64,000 nt of DNA from Microbotryum violaceum (Eukaryota), in contig CDLV01000004.1 of assembly GCA_001244265.2 (NCBI GenBank), positions 682,001 through 746,000 of the forward strand. Reading direction: 5' to 3'. The first letter of the stretch is position 1; each line of letters opens with the position of its first letter. The position numbers and the translations under genes were made by a program. Under the pieces are notes generated by a model, which saw only the letters and a list, made by a program, of their open reading frames with translations, made no database searches and had not been told where the DNA came from. Of this stretch, positions 53,645-64,000 are shown piece by piece.

Positions 53645-55801
53645 CTACAACAAGTTATGTACCCTCGCCTCCCTGCCCGTCGCCCTATCCCTACCACCAC
53701 CACTAAAGGTACTCTCCCCTCCTTGCGTCCCCCCGCCCCCGCCCTCGACCTCGACCGGCGCCGGATTCAATTCCAACCCATTCCCAAAAGGTCTCCCAAC
53801 TATCCTTCGACTTTGATCCCTCTTTAATTCGAACCAACCCATCACCAATTCCACAACGTCCCTCAGTAGGAGTACGATACCACCTCCATAAGCGTTACGT
53901 AACCAAATTGGATCTAGAAGGCTAGAAGTCGAGGGCGTAAAAGTTGAAGTGAAGGAAGGGAACAAGATGGTTGAGAACCAATTCGTTTTCCTCGAAAGAG
54001 TTGAAAGTGAACCATAAGGTGAGGTTAGGAGGAATTGTACACCTAAAATGTGACGTAAGGAACGAATCCAACTTGATTTAGGTTGGGTACCTCCTTTCGA
54101 AGCGAGCCAAAATAAACCCGTTCCGGCTGTAGAACAAATCGCGGGGAATAACAAAGCACCGATCACTAAAGAAGTGAGTCGACCGAATCCGAGTCGTAGT
54201 CGATTTCGAATTATCGCTGCTCCTCCACCACCAACACCGGCTGGGGAGGTACGACGACACCTCCCGCGGGTTCGGGTTGGGGTTGTACAATTTGTTCGAG
54301 TTGAACTTCAGCGACGACTTGAAAACGTGCTGCACCTAATCCTCGACGACGATGATCGGGATGATGAGCCAAGGCCTCCGCTCCCTGTGGGGCATTAATC
54401 TCGTCTACATCTTCTTGCAAGTCCATCAACATCCCAGCGAAACCTTGTAAATCTTGTCCACGACGACCCAAAACGACTTTAAAGACCTTTTTCCTCAAAC
54501 GGAGGTAGACTAATCGAATCCAGGGTAGTGCGCATAATAATAGAGTAGGGGATGGTGGGTAGGCGAGGGAGAGGTTGTCCAATCCTAGAGGGTCTTGGCT
54601 GGAGTGGAGAGAGTAGAAGGAAGACGAGGAATGGTTTGAGAGGACGAGGGTGAGAGGGAGGAAGGGGAGGAGCGAGTCGATCAAAGGCGTGCGAGCGAGG
54701 ATTAGGGTCAGCGGTATCAGGGGGAGGTTGACTGTGGGAAGAGAGAGGGGGGCGTTAGTGTCGGTGTCCCGAGTCGAAGAAAGAAAGAAAAAAGCCTGAA
54801 TAGCCGCGCACGTACGCCAATACCTCCACGGCATCCTCTCATGCCTCAACAACAACGCGCGGGCGACTTGATTTCCCGCAAATTTTTTGATCGCCCAAGC
54901 CCCCCAAGCGGCCGAGACGAAACCGAAACCGGCGACCAGACCCGATCCAGCGAGGACGATGCTGAGCGAGTGCCATCGTCGTCGGAGGCGCTTGTAGAGA
55001 GCGAGAAGGGTCGATCGATCTTGGACGATGACGTAGGGTGTAGCGCAGACGGGGCATTTCGCAGGGGTCGATTTGTTGAGTTGATCGGTGGTAACCCATG
55101 CCAGGAGGCACTGGAGGAGAAAGCGCAAGGGTGAGAGTGTAGATCTCTAGTGTGAGGTAAGGGATGAAAAAGAGTACTGACATCGGTATGAGCGACGAGC
55201 GTACACTCGCACGCATGAACGAAATCCCTGCCCGGTGTATCGGACGAGTCCTCGTAACAGACCCAACAGGTCTTGGTCCTCATATCGGCGATACCTCTAA
55301 GGCGACCGCTTGGGGCGGTTGATCCCGTGGAAGTGGAGGTGGAGAGTGCCGAGGATGATGACGAGGCGGCGACCAACGGGGAGGTCGCCGATGGGGATGT
55401 GGTCGAGGACGGTGGCGGTGGGCTGCGGGCGATGGCAGTGGTGGGGGGAGGTGTGCATCACTTGAGTGCTCGTATGTGATCTCGGTGTTGGTAGAAGCAG
55501 CTGCTACGGCCAAATCGTGATCATGATCCTGTTCTCCCTCCTGCTGCTGTTGCTGTTGTTGCTGTTGCTGCTGCTGTCTCTTTGCGCGATCGATCGACCT
55601 AGCGCTCGCGCTCGCCGTTCTCGCATCCTGCCACGACGAAGAGAGCATACGGTCATCATCGTTGTCGTCGTCGTCGACATTATCCTCGGAGTGATGCGAG
55701 GGGCGGTGGTGGTGTGCTTGAGGTGCTTGAGACGGCGACGGGGACGAGGTGGAGGATGGGATGGGTGGTCGGAGGAAGGCTGAACTGGAGGAGGACGACA
55801 T
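53645..55801 (-). CDS. RING-CH (RINGv) membrane E3 ubiquitin ligase, MARCH5-like; apparent homopolymer frameshifts
   Basis: CWVCYED...HACECTLVAHTD/CLLAWV...CPVC (C4HC3, split by an intron), hydrophobic segments, IGALLFPAI, polyQ N-terminus. Confidence 0.85.
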
Positions 55802-56496
55802 GGGGGTCGGGCTAGCGATCGGTTGATGGGATGGGGATCGGCGGTTAGGCGAGGATTGGGATTCGGGATTTGGGATTCGGGATCCGGGAGGGAGAGCGAT
55901 GATCGAGGAGGGAGAGCGATGATCGAGGAGGGGTCGATTTCCGAGTTTCTAATCCCTGAAGCTCGTTAGAGCTGAAGGTTTCGTTTCGAAAAATGGGGGG
56001 GGGGGGTCCCAGCCTCGAAAATGATGTTATTCTGAGATTTTATTGGACGAAATGGCCGAAATACCCCGCACGCATATGGCTGTTGAAGTCCCATAGGAGA
56101 GCCCGATTTCAGCGCTGATTGGTGCGAACAATGCTACCCTGGATAGGAGGACCCTGCCTCAGAGCGCAATAAGGAGCCCGATTTCAGCGCCGATCGGTTT
56201 GAACAATGCTCCGCCGGATAGGAGTACCCGCCTAAGCGCCCCGATCATCTCAATGGCCAGTGGCCACGAGCCCGGTGGCTAGCCTGCCAATTCGGCGCAC
56301 ACTCACCACACAGCTTGGCCGTCGTCAGCCTCCCCGAGTCCCCGCGCCAGAGCACACTCAGGCTGCCCAGGCTCAGCCTCCGCTGGCAAGTTGCCACCGC
56401 CCGCGCCTCTCCTTTCCGTCTCTCTGTACTGCTTGTTCTGAAACTTGGACCGAGTATCTTCGCATCTCTAAGACACGTTATCACACAATCGCCGTC

Positions 56497-58833
56497 ATGT
56501 CACTGCTTTCTGATCTTGTACACCTCCGCACCATCGAGGTCACCCCAGAACACTTGAATCTCCACAACGTGTTAAGCCTCGCGTCGACCACTAGCGACAG
56601 CCGGCGATTCTCCCGCCGCACCGATCAAGCGCAGAATGTGTATTCCGGTCCGCTCTTACGCAACAGTCCAGTGTCAGCACTCGATGATGTGGTTGTCAAA
56701 TGCAGTCTTGAACAGCTTGTGCGCAGCAACGTAAACTTTAGCATGGATCTCCTCAAGGAGCTTTGTCGAGCGCACCACGTGGAAGGGTATTCGAGGAGGA
56801 ATCCGCTTGCCAAAGAGCTATTCCTACAAGCGCTCCTTTAGTAGTGCGATCCGCACTGTAATGCTTGTTCAAATGGGTATGTTTTCAATAGGCAACAAGC
56901 GCCGAGTCCCGTGACTCTGCCACGTTGTCATTGCTCCCCCGACCACAGAGCATACGCATCAAAACCTGTTAACGTGCTTCGAACTGAACTAAACGAGGAA
57001 ATCCAGAGGAATCGCGGGAACGTCTCAGCGACCAACTCCAAACGAAAGATGCACAGACGTCCACCGCTGCTGCCCGAACCCGAACCCGAACACGAACGAC
57101 CCCCTGGAGTGACATCGCATTATGCGCCAGCATCCGATCAGTTGAAGACTGAGATTCGTTCTGAATGGAATGATTACTTCACCGAGGCTCGATTCCGTCT
57201 CTTCTGCTGCCTCGTCTGTTCCGAGAGTCTTCGGGCATAACGTACGATGGGTGCCTGAAGACGACATGAAGCGTGAAGAATCAGGAATTTGGAAGGTATT
57301 ATTAACCAACTCTACGCTACGGACGGACCTTCGACCTCCGACTTAAGATTTTTCAGCTTGGCGGGGCGCACTCATCGATCCCCGAGGTCTTCATCGACCG
57401 AGCGATTTAAACGATCAGATCGTGTACTCGTCCACGAACAACGCGCTTCAGTGCTCACTCTGTCCAGACTGTTTCAAAAGTTTGTTCCCTACCACAGGGC
57501 CACCGACTAAACCCCCTCGGTCGTTGAGCAACGGATTCTATCACGCACTGGACCACGTCCCCGCTGATGTCCGAGAATGCTTCTCCAACGCCAGTCAGCT
57601 TGAGCACCTCGTCACCGCGCGCGCCAGAGCGTACAAGATCGTGTACAAGCTGACTCGTTTCGGAGATCCCAAAGCCCAACAAAAATTCACGCGCGGGAAC
57701 ACCGTCATCTTCAGCCAGAACACCGCTCCGTTCACCGATGTACTGCCCATGTCAGTCGAGGAACTCGTCGACAGTGTTTGCGTTTTATTCTGCGGAGGAA
57801 GCCCCAACCTTGCGGAGTTGGACAAGTGTCGACCCATGATCGTGAAGCAAAATCGGATTCAAAAGATGCTCAGATGGTTGATCAACGAAAGCAAGAATCC
57901 GGCGTACTCTGCCGTCTCCTTTGATGGCGAAAGACTTGCACAGCCCGTTCGACGCAGTTCCGGTGCGCTCGACCAGACCTCTCCAGCTTCTACGGCGGTT
58001 TCAGCTTCCACTTCGACTTCGGCTTCCGTCTGGGTTGCTCCCCAAGTACCGGATCGACAGATCGCGGATGGAGACGTTCTCGTGCCCGACCTAGTTTTGG
58101 CGAATGTGGTGACCGCAGAGACAGTGGAACCAACATCATCGCTCTTTGAAGGCTACGCAACAACGCATAACGACTCTGATGAACCAGTATTCGACACGTC
58201 CATGTGCCGCCACCCCCTACCGACGAACCAATTCACTCATAGCTGCTCTTTGAGAAAGCTCTCCGTTATCTCAACCAGGACAAGCCCACCTATGTCATTC
58301 CGACAGGTGAACCCTCGGACGAGCTCCCGAGTCGTGCTCTCAAAGCTGAGGCCACACCTCGATCCATTTGGTCTGGTCGGTTTCTGTGTCGAGCGCAACC
58401 TCAAGACTTCTCTGGACGAGCAAGTAAACCATTTGCTCAATCTATACGACAGCGATTTAGATGCGACCCGTCTTTCCCATTCATCGTCTCGAACATGCTC
58501 CGCCGACGAGAAGTGTTTCGCCAACTCGCTTTTCGGACCCCCAAAGAGAAGGTGGCTCAAATCGGAGCAGCACTGCTCGAAATCGACATGGATGTTGTGT
58601 CGGAAATGATCCAAAAATCCAAGGACACAAAAATGTACAAGGCAACAACAGAAGCAGAGAAGCATATCAACCGTATTATGGCGGAATTGCAAAGTTTCGG
58701 AGACAAAATTCACGGCACAACTGCGCAGATGCTCGACATGAGGAATGAGATCCGCGGATACGTCAACGCGTTCGGTATGTACACCCTCTTCGTCACCGTC
58801 AACCCGGCAGATGTACGCTCACCGTTGCGATGA
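56497..58833 (+). pseudogene. Helitron-type RepHel N-terminal remnant (DUF6570-like plus Helitron_like_N), truncated before the helicase
   Basis: LCPDC..PPRSLSNG, TRGNTVIFSQ, LRWL..KNPAY, LDPFG, RNEIRGYVNAFG..LFVTVNPADVRSP. Several frameshifts. Confidence 0.85.
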
Positions 58834-59229
58834 CGAGGTATCTCACAGCCTTGGGCGCATCAAGGACAAGTTTCTCGACCAAGCAGATACCGTTTAGGCC
58901 AACGACAAAAAGTCATCTAATCGTGGGTTCCAACGCTCTTCCCACTGTGAAGGATCTGTGGGGGAATACTGACACTCCATTCCATTTGATTCCCAAGTCT
59001 TTCAGCGGTGAACAAATCCACCACGCCTAGCCAGGCCATCTCGCGCCCAAGTCGCTCCCGGAAGTCCCGATCTCTCAACGTCGACTGAAACCACTTCTTA
59101 CAGCTGACTTCGGTGAGGGCGCGATGTGGGTTCCCGGCGCTGACGACCACATGCGAATGTCTATTGATCCTTAGCGGTAAGAGTTCCACGCTCAATGTTC
59201 AAGCGCGCATCCGTGCATCCAGTCCCTGA

Positions 59230-59324
59230 CTCAGCGTACTTTCCTAGCCTCTCCGGAGCGCTCAGAGCCTAGCCCTCCCCGCGAGCGGCTCAGCGTACTT
59301 TCCTAGCCTCTCCGGAGCGCTCAG
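59230..59324. repeat. 36-bp direct repeat with 59-bp period
   Basis: CTCAGCGTACTTTCCTAGCCTCTCCGGAGCGCTCAG at 59230 and 59289. Confidence 0.85.
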
Positions 59325-61147
59325 CATCCCTAGGCCTCTCCGTGAGTCCTCAGAGTTTTTCCACCCCTCAAGCGTATTTGCGTCCGCGCCGCTTACTCCT
59401 CCTCGGTTCCGCACCGTCGACGCTTTCTGTTGCCAGCCCGCTGCTCCAGCACTGCCACCCTCTGCCAAGGGTCAGTTAGCCACCACCTTAGGAACCTCAT
59501 CCAAGCAATCCGTTGCTCATGCGAAGCCCCCCTCGCACAGGATTTACAGCAGCCGCTGCCTCCAGAAAACCCTCGACGCCCGCAGGCCCTGCCACGCGCT
59601 CGAGGTAAGTGTCCAGATTACGCTCGGCTAGTTGCACGACGTACTCATTGTTCACTTGCATCACAGCAGTCTCCGCACAAGCTTTTGTACGAAACTGCCC
59701 CTCCTACCGGAACGCCTTAGTTGGACGATCCAAGCTGACGCCTAGCATTCTATAGGCTACCTCCGCCGAGACTGCACTAAGTGCTTCAATTCTCATTGAC
59801 ACTCGTGCTACGCCTCGCAAAGCCCATGTCATAGTTGCACGTCACTAAATACAATCTTTGCTACCCCTTGCAAAGACCTCTGTTTTGAGCTTCCCGCCCG
59901 CCTTCCCTTGTTCACCTATCCTCTCTTTTTTTTCACTTTTCCTTTTTTCCTAAAAAAAACAAAAAAACAAAAAATCACAGACTGTGCTTGTTAGTTAACA
60001 ACCCAGTCTACCCGATTTTGCTGCAACTCACAAACTCGTCCAGACGCGCACTGTGACATGGGCGATGTCGAGTGATCTCAACTTATGCATTTATTACACC
60101 CCGCTCTGGCTCGATCTCGTTGTCTGCAATGTTCATTAACGTTTGGCACATTTACACGCCTCATTCATGTGAACCGAACTGACTCGGGAACTCCGAGTCG
60201 GTGCCATGCTGCATACCCGATCCATGGCACGTTCTTAGTCATACTAGCTGATGGTCTTTTCGGCTTTTGCTGCAAGGATTTGACGCGCCGATTCAGGCTC
60301 GCGCGCACGGATCCTCTCTCCCCCGTGGATGCTATAGCTGTGCTCGCGCTTCCCACACACGCGGGCTCACGGGCGGTACTCGCAACGCACGTTCCCTTTC
60401 GGGCCTTCACTGCGTTGACGACGTTTCCTTACCAGCCTCTGTGGCTGCGTTCACCATTTGTAGGGACAGGTGCGGTCCTCACTCCCAAGACTACCTCCCA
60501 GCTGACGAGGTCGCTGATCAAGAGTTCCATCTTGCCGGACGTTCACAGCTGCTAGCAGCTCGGTATGAAACCCTCGACGTGGCTCGCTTAGAGTAGCTCG
60601 GAGTAAGTGCTTCGATACACCCAAGCTTGTGGCACGGTCTACTTTGCACTTGGATCCCTGCAAATTCTTTGTGGGGGCATTTTGCTCCGGGCCCTTGTTG
60701 GGCAACGAGCTAAATCGCGTATCTCTCAGCAGACCCTTTGCCGTCCTTTGCACCAACCGCGCCACAACTGTTTTTATACAGTGTCTTGCCTTTGTCGCAA
60801 AGGTATGCTGAGACGATCAGTGGACTTGCTCCATCATCAGTTGCAGCCGACTGACATCCAGAAGCTTGGGTCGCAAAGCTCCCAACTGTCATCCCGCCCA
60901 CCATCCCTGTGTATCACCAAGAAGTTCGGACTCTCCTCCGTTTAGATCAATTTCTTGCGGTTTTCCCCAGAAGGCTGGGTTTTCACCGCTTGAGGTATTT
61001 GTTTAACAACTCCTACACCAATGTTGTCCTTCGTCTTGCTTCAACTCGAACCACTATTCCGCTACAACTCGCGCGAGTGGTCAGGAGAGTCGACGCTGTC
61101 AGTCCGTGTTATGTACTCCGTCAGAGGTTCAGGGACCCGTCGCCCCC

Positions 61148-62872
61148 TTTTTTTTTTTTTATCTAATAGATTTCATTAACAGCATATCTATATTAATGCC
61201 TAAAAATCCTCGGAAAAGACGGAGGGAATGCAGTTAAGCACACTGGCGAGGCCAGTAGTGTGGGACTCGTTGACCTTGGAACAAAATCAACCATACCCAC
61301 TAAAACCCCCTTAGGCGGTTACAGCGAAACCAGTCGTCCCTTGGACTCCTGGATGGACGCGCGGAGCTCCTCAAATGCCGTTTCGGCGATCGGCTCCAGA
61401 GGATCCGACGAAAATCGACGGCGACGAGAGAGCTTCCAGATCGCGTGGAAGAAGAGTAGACGCAGCTCGACGGGTCGGCGTTCCGAGCGAGAAACGACCG
61501 GGCACACGAACTGAACAAAGTCGGGGTGTGGGATAGGAGTGAGCGCAGACCAGAGGCGGCGGGCAAACGGGCAACCGACCGCAAGGTGTGCCAGGGTCTC
61601 CGGAGCCTCCGACAGGCACATGACACATGCGGTAGATCGATTGTGGAGAGAACGGCTATTTGGAGAAGCGATTTGGCTACCTGGATGAAGTGAACCTAGG
61701 GAGAGGAGGTGGGCCGTGTCTTCGGCGTCCGAATGAACCCTGCGAATCTTGCGTAGCGCCTTCCACCAGGCATTCCAGCGTTGCTCGGGAGACAGAAAAC
61801 CCTCTGATGACCGAGAGGGAGGATAGGAGGGTAGAGGAAGGCTTGGTGGCGTTTGGACGCGTTCACAAACGAAGACGGAGTCATCACCTCGCCATCGGGT
61901 CCTCGGAAAAGCGTCGGGTTCACCGAGAGTCGGATTCCGTGGCCTGCTGGGAAGTAGAGGACGTGTGTTGCCCACCGCTCCAGATTCGGGCTCTTGGAAA
62001 GTTCGGGGGGTTCAGCGTTGTCACCAAATCCCAGGCTTCGAAATAGCGGATCCATCGTGGAGGGAGCAGGGCCTTCGTCTTCCTCACTGCGCGTTCCCAC
62101 TGTGGAGGAGGGTGGCAAAAGTAGGCCCACCAGATCCAGACCCACGAGCGACGATGTGGGTTGGGGCCTGATTTGGGCAAGGTAAAGGGGGTGCGTTCGT
62201 TCGCCGCCTGAAGGCGAGTGCGGATGTCGAAGAGGTGCCGAATGAAGCAGCCGTCCGGGTCCCGAAGATGAAAGACCCACTTGGCGTGATCGACCGCGAG
62301 GCGCCGAGGTAAGTCAATCAAGCCAAAGCCGCCGTGGTCGAGAGGGGTGCAGAGGCGCAGCCGAGAGACCTTCGGGGTTTCTGAGATCCGTCCGAGGCTC
62401 GACCGTGGATAGCGATCATGACCGCGTCCTCGATCTCCTTGACGACGCTCTTGGAAGCTGGGATGAAACGATTATGGTAGAGAATCTTCGTGTAGCAGTA
62501 GATATTGATTATCGAACATTTCGCTGCGTACGGAAGGTCGTACATTGGGATGGATCGTATCCGGGCGACGGTCGCGGACTTGACCTCCTCCCAGCCCGCA
62601 TCCTCGGCGATGTCCACCCCAACCTGCACTCCCAGGTAACGAAACTGCGAGTCGCTGAGACGCCAGGACCCGAGGTGTGAAGGGATCGGACGGTCCCTGA
62701 ATGACCCGAGGGGTAGAGGAAAGATTTGGCGTTGCTGAGCTTGCTGGCACTTGCCCGCTCGTACAGCTCGATCGCCCGATTGAGGTGGTCGAGGTCCGAG
62801 GTGTCGTGGAGAGCACAGCAGGCATCGTCGGCAAAGAGAAGTTCTCGTATGGTTGGGAGTCCCGGGCTCGCG
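61148..62872 (-). mobile_element. 5'-truncated L1/Tx1-like LINE (RT C-terminus, zf-RVT, 3' UTR, polyA)
   Basis: LLFADD, FRYLGV, CVMC..ETLAHL..GCPFARRLW. T13 at 61148-61160. TSD CGCCCCC at 61141-61147 and 62873-62879. Confidence 0.93.
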
Positions 62873-63087
62873 CGCCCCCTCCGGGGGCGCGTTAATCCAA
62901 ATTTCCAACGCGTATAATAAGCCCATAACTGCACGCGCCTCGTTCGGACGCGACGTCAACGTTCAGCGCTCAGCGCTCAGCTCACACCATTTACCGCCTT
63001 CTCACGTTGACTCACCCCGCCCATCCTACAACTACGCACCACCCCCCAACCCCACATCCACACCCAATCGGATCGCACCCACCCACG

Positions 63088-64000
63088 ATGCCACCCGCCG
63101 CCACTCCCGAGCTACTCGCTGCCGAACCGGGGGACCTAAACACCATTGGAGTCTAGACGTTGCTTTCCCAGGTCAGTCCTCTCCACTCTTGTACGTTCCT
63201 AACCAGACCAGAATATGTACTCAGAGAAACTGTTGACAAATACTATACAGTGTATGCGATGGCGTTCATCGATGATGAGACGATCGTTTTGGGAGGCGGT
63301 GGGGGTTCGTCCAGGACTGGAGTCAAGAATAGGTTGGTGAGTTCATCCTATTTCGCAAAAGATGTATCAAAGCATCATATCTCCCGATCTAGTTCGTCTA
63401 CAATCGTAACCCCGACCCGCGCCTTCATCTCGTTCGATGACGTTGCAGTTCTCCGCGCGCTGACTCCCTCTCTGATTCCCTGGAAACAGAGCATGCACAA
63501 GATCGACCTCGAAAAACGGCAATTCCACCTCAAAACCGAATACGACTTGTCCAAGACCGAAGATGCGCCGATGACGATCGTCGTTTTACCCGAGGTCCGT
63601 TCGGGGACAGAGAGAGAATGTGGGGATGGATTCAGATGGTAGCTGATCGTTGTTTATGATCAGACGAAATCATTGGTAGCCGGAATCAATTCGGATGCGC
63701 AAACGCTCGCAAGGGGGAAGAATGAGAACCTCAGAGTTTTCACCTACTCCGACAAAGAGTGACTTGGCCCTCCCTCCGTATCCTCGAACCATCCCCCACT
63801 CCCAAAGGCTGACCCTAATCGTCACCCCCATAGGATCATTTACCAGAAACGAAAACAAATCCTTCGCTCCACTTTAGAAGATCACTATCAAAAAGTTACC
63901 GCTTTCGCGAGGACCAAACCTTACCTCCATATGATCGCTTTGGGTTCAACCGATAGTCAATTCTCCGTGTTGACCTTTCCGGAATTGCAAGAGGTTTTAC
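63088..64000 (+). CDS. SEC12: Sec12/PREB-like WD40 Sar1 guanine-nucleotide exchange factor, 3'-partial
   Basis: AFP/VYAMAF..LGGGGGSSRTGVKNRL (K-loop), EDAPMT, LVAGINS, NENLRVF, YQKVTAF, with multiple GT-AG introns. The ATG at 63088 needs one extra G in the 63129-63133 run to be in frame. Confidence 0.85.

Larger units (their letters stand above)
55951..62892 (+). mobile_element. Candidate Helitron2/Helentron-like element, internally deleted, with a nested LINE
   Basis: Contains a RepHel N-terminal remnant. 5' TCCCTGAAGCTC is an 11/12 inverse of GAGGTTCAGGGA (~61125-61135), followed by a GC hairpin once the LINE is removed. Boundaries are inferred. Confidence 0.5.

Overview
Eukaryotic, intron-containing fungal DNA. 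The TE repertoire and host genes suggest a basidiomycete, possibly Pucciniomycotina (inference). The window is dominated by nested, mostly degenerate transposons. Two Ty1/copia LTR elements are both inserted into one GCM-domain MULE-like element that also carries a USP-like protease. Other elements are a Kyakuja/KDZ transposase remnant, DUF6729-type, CMC/EnSpm-like and DUF6589-type putative transposases, several short TIR elements, a ~100-bp Helitron-like element, a truncated Helitron2-like element and two copies of an L1-like LINE. Host genes sit in islands: a truncated RBM26/27-like gene, RPL20, LHS1 (ER Hsp70 family, KDEL), a WRKY/GCM-like zinc-finger gene, a RING-CH/MARCH E3 ligase and SEC12 (running off the right edge). 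The most unusual observations are TG...TA LTR termini, an intron-like 78-bp segment present in only one LTR, an intact spliced BED-like zinc-finger gene inside a palindrome-rich candidate element, a highly structured B-box-containing cassette between 69-bp inverted repeats, and a LINE inserted into a candidate Helitron 3' hairpin. Several host-gene frameshifts fall in homopolymers and may be assembly errors. All family assignments come from motif recognition by eye; no searches were run.
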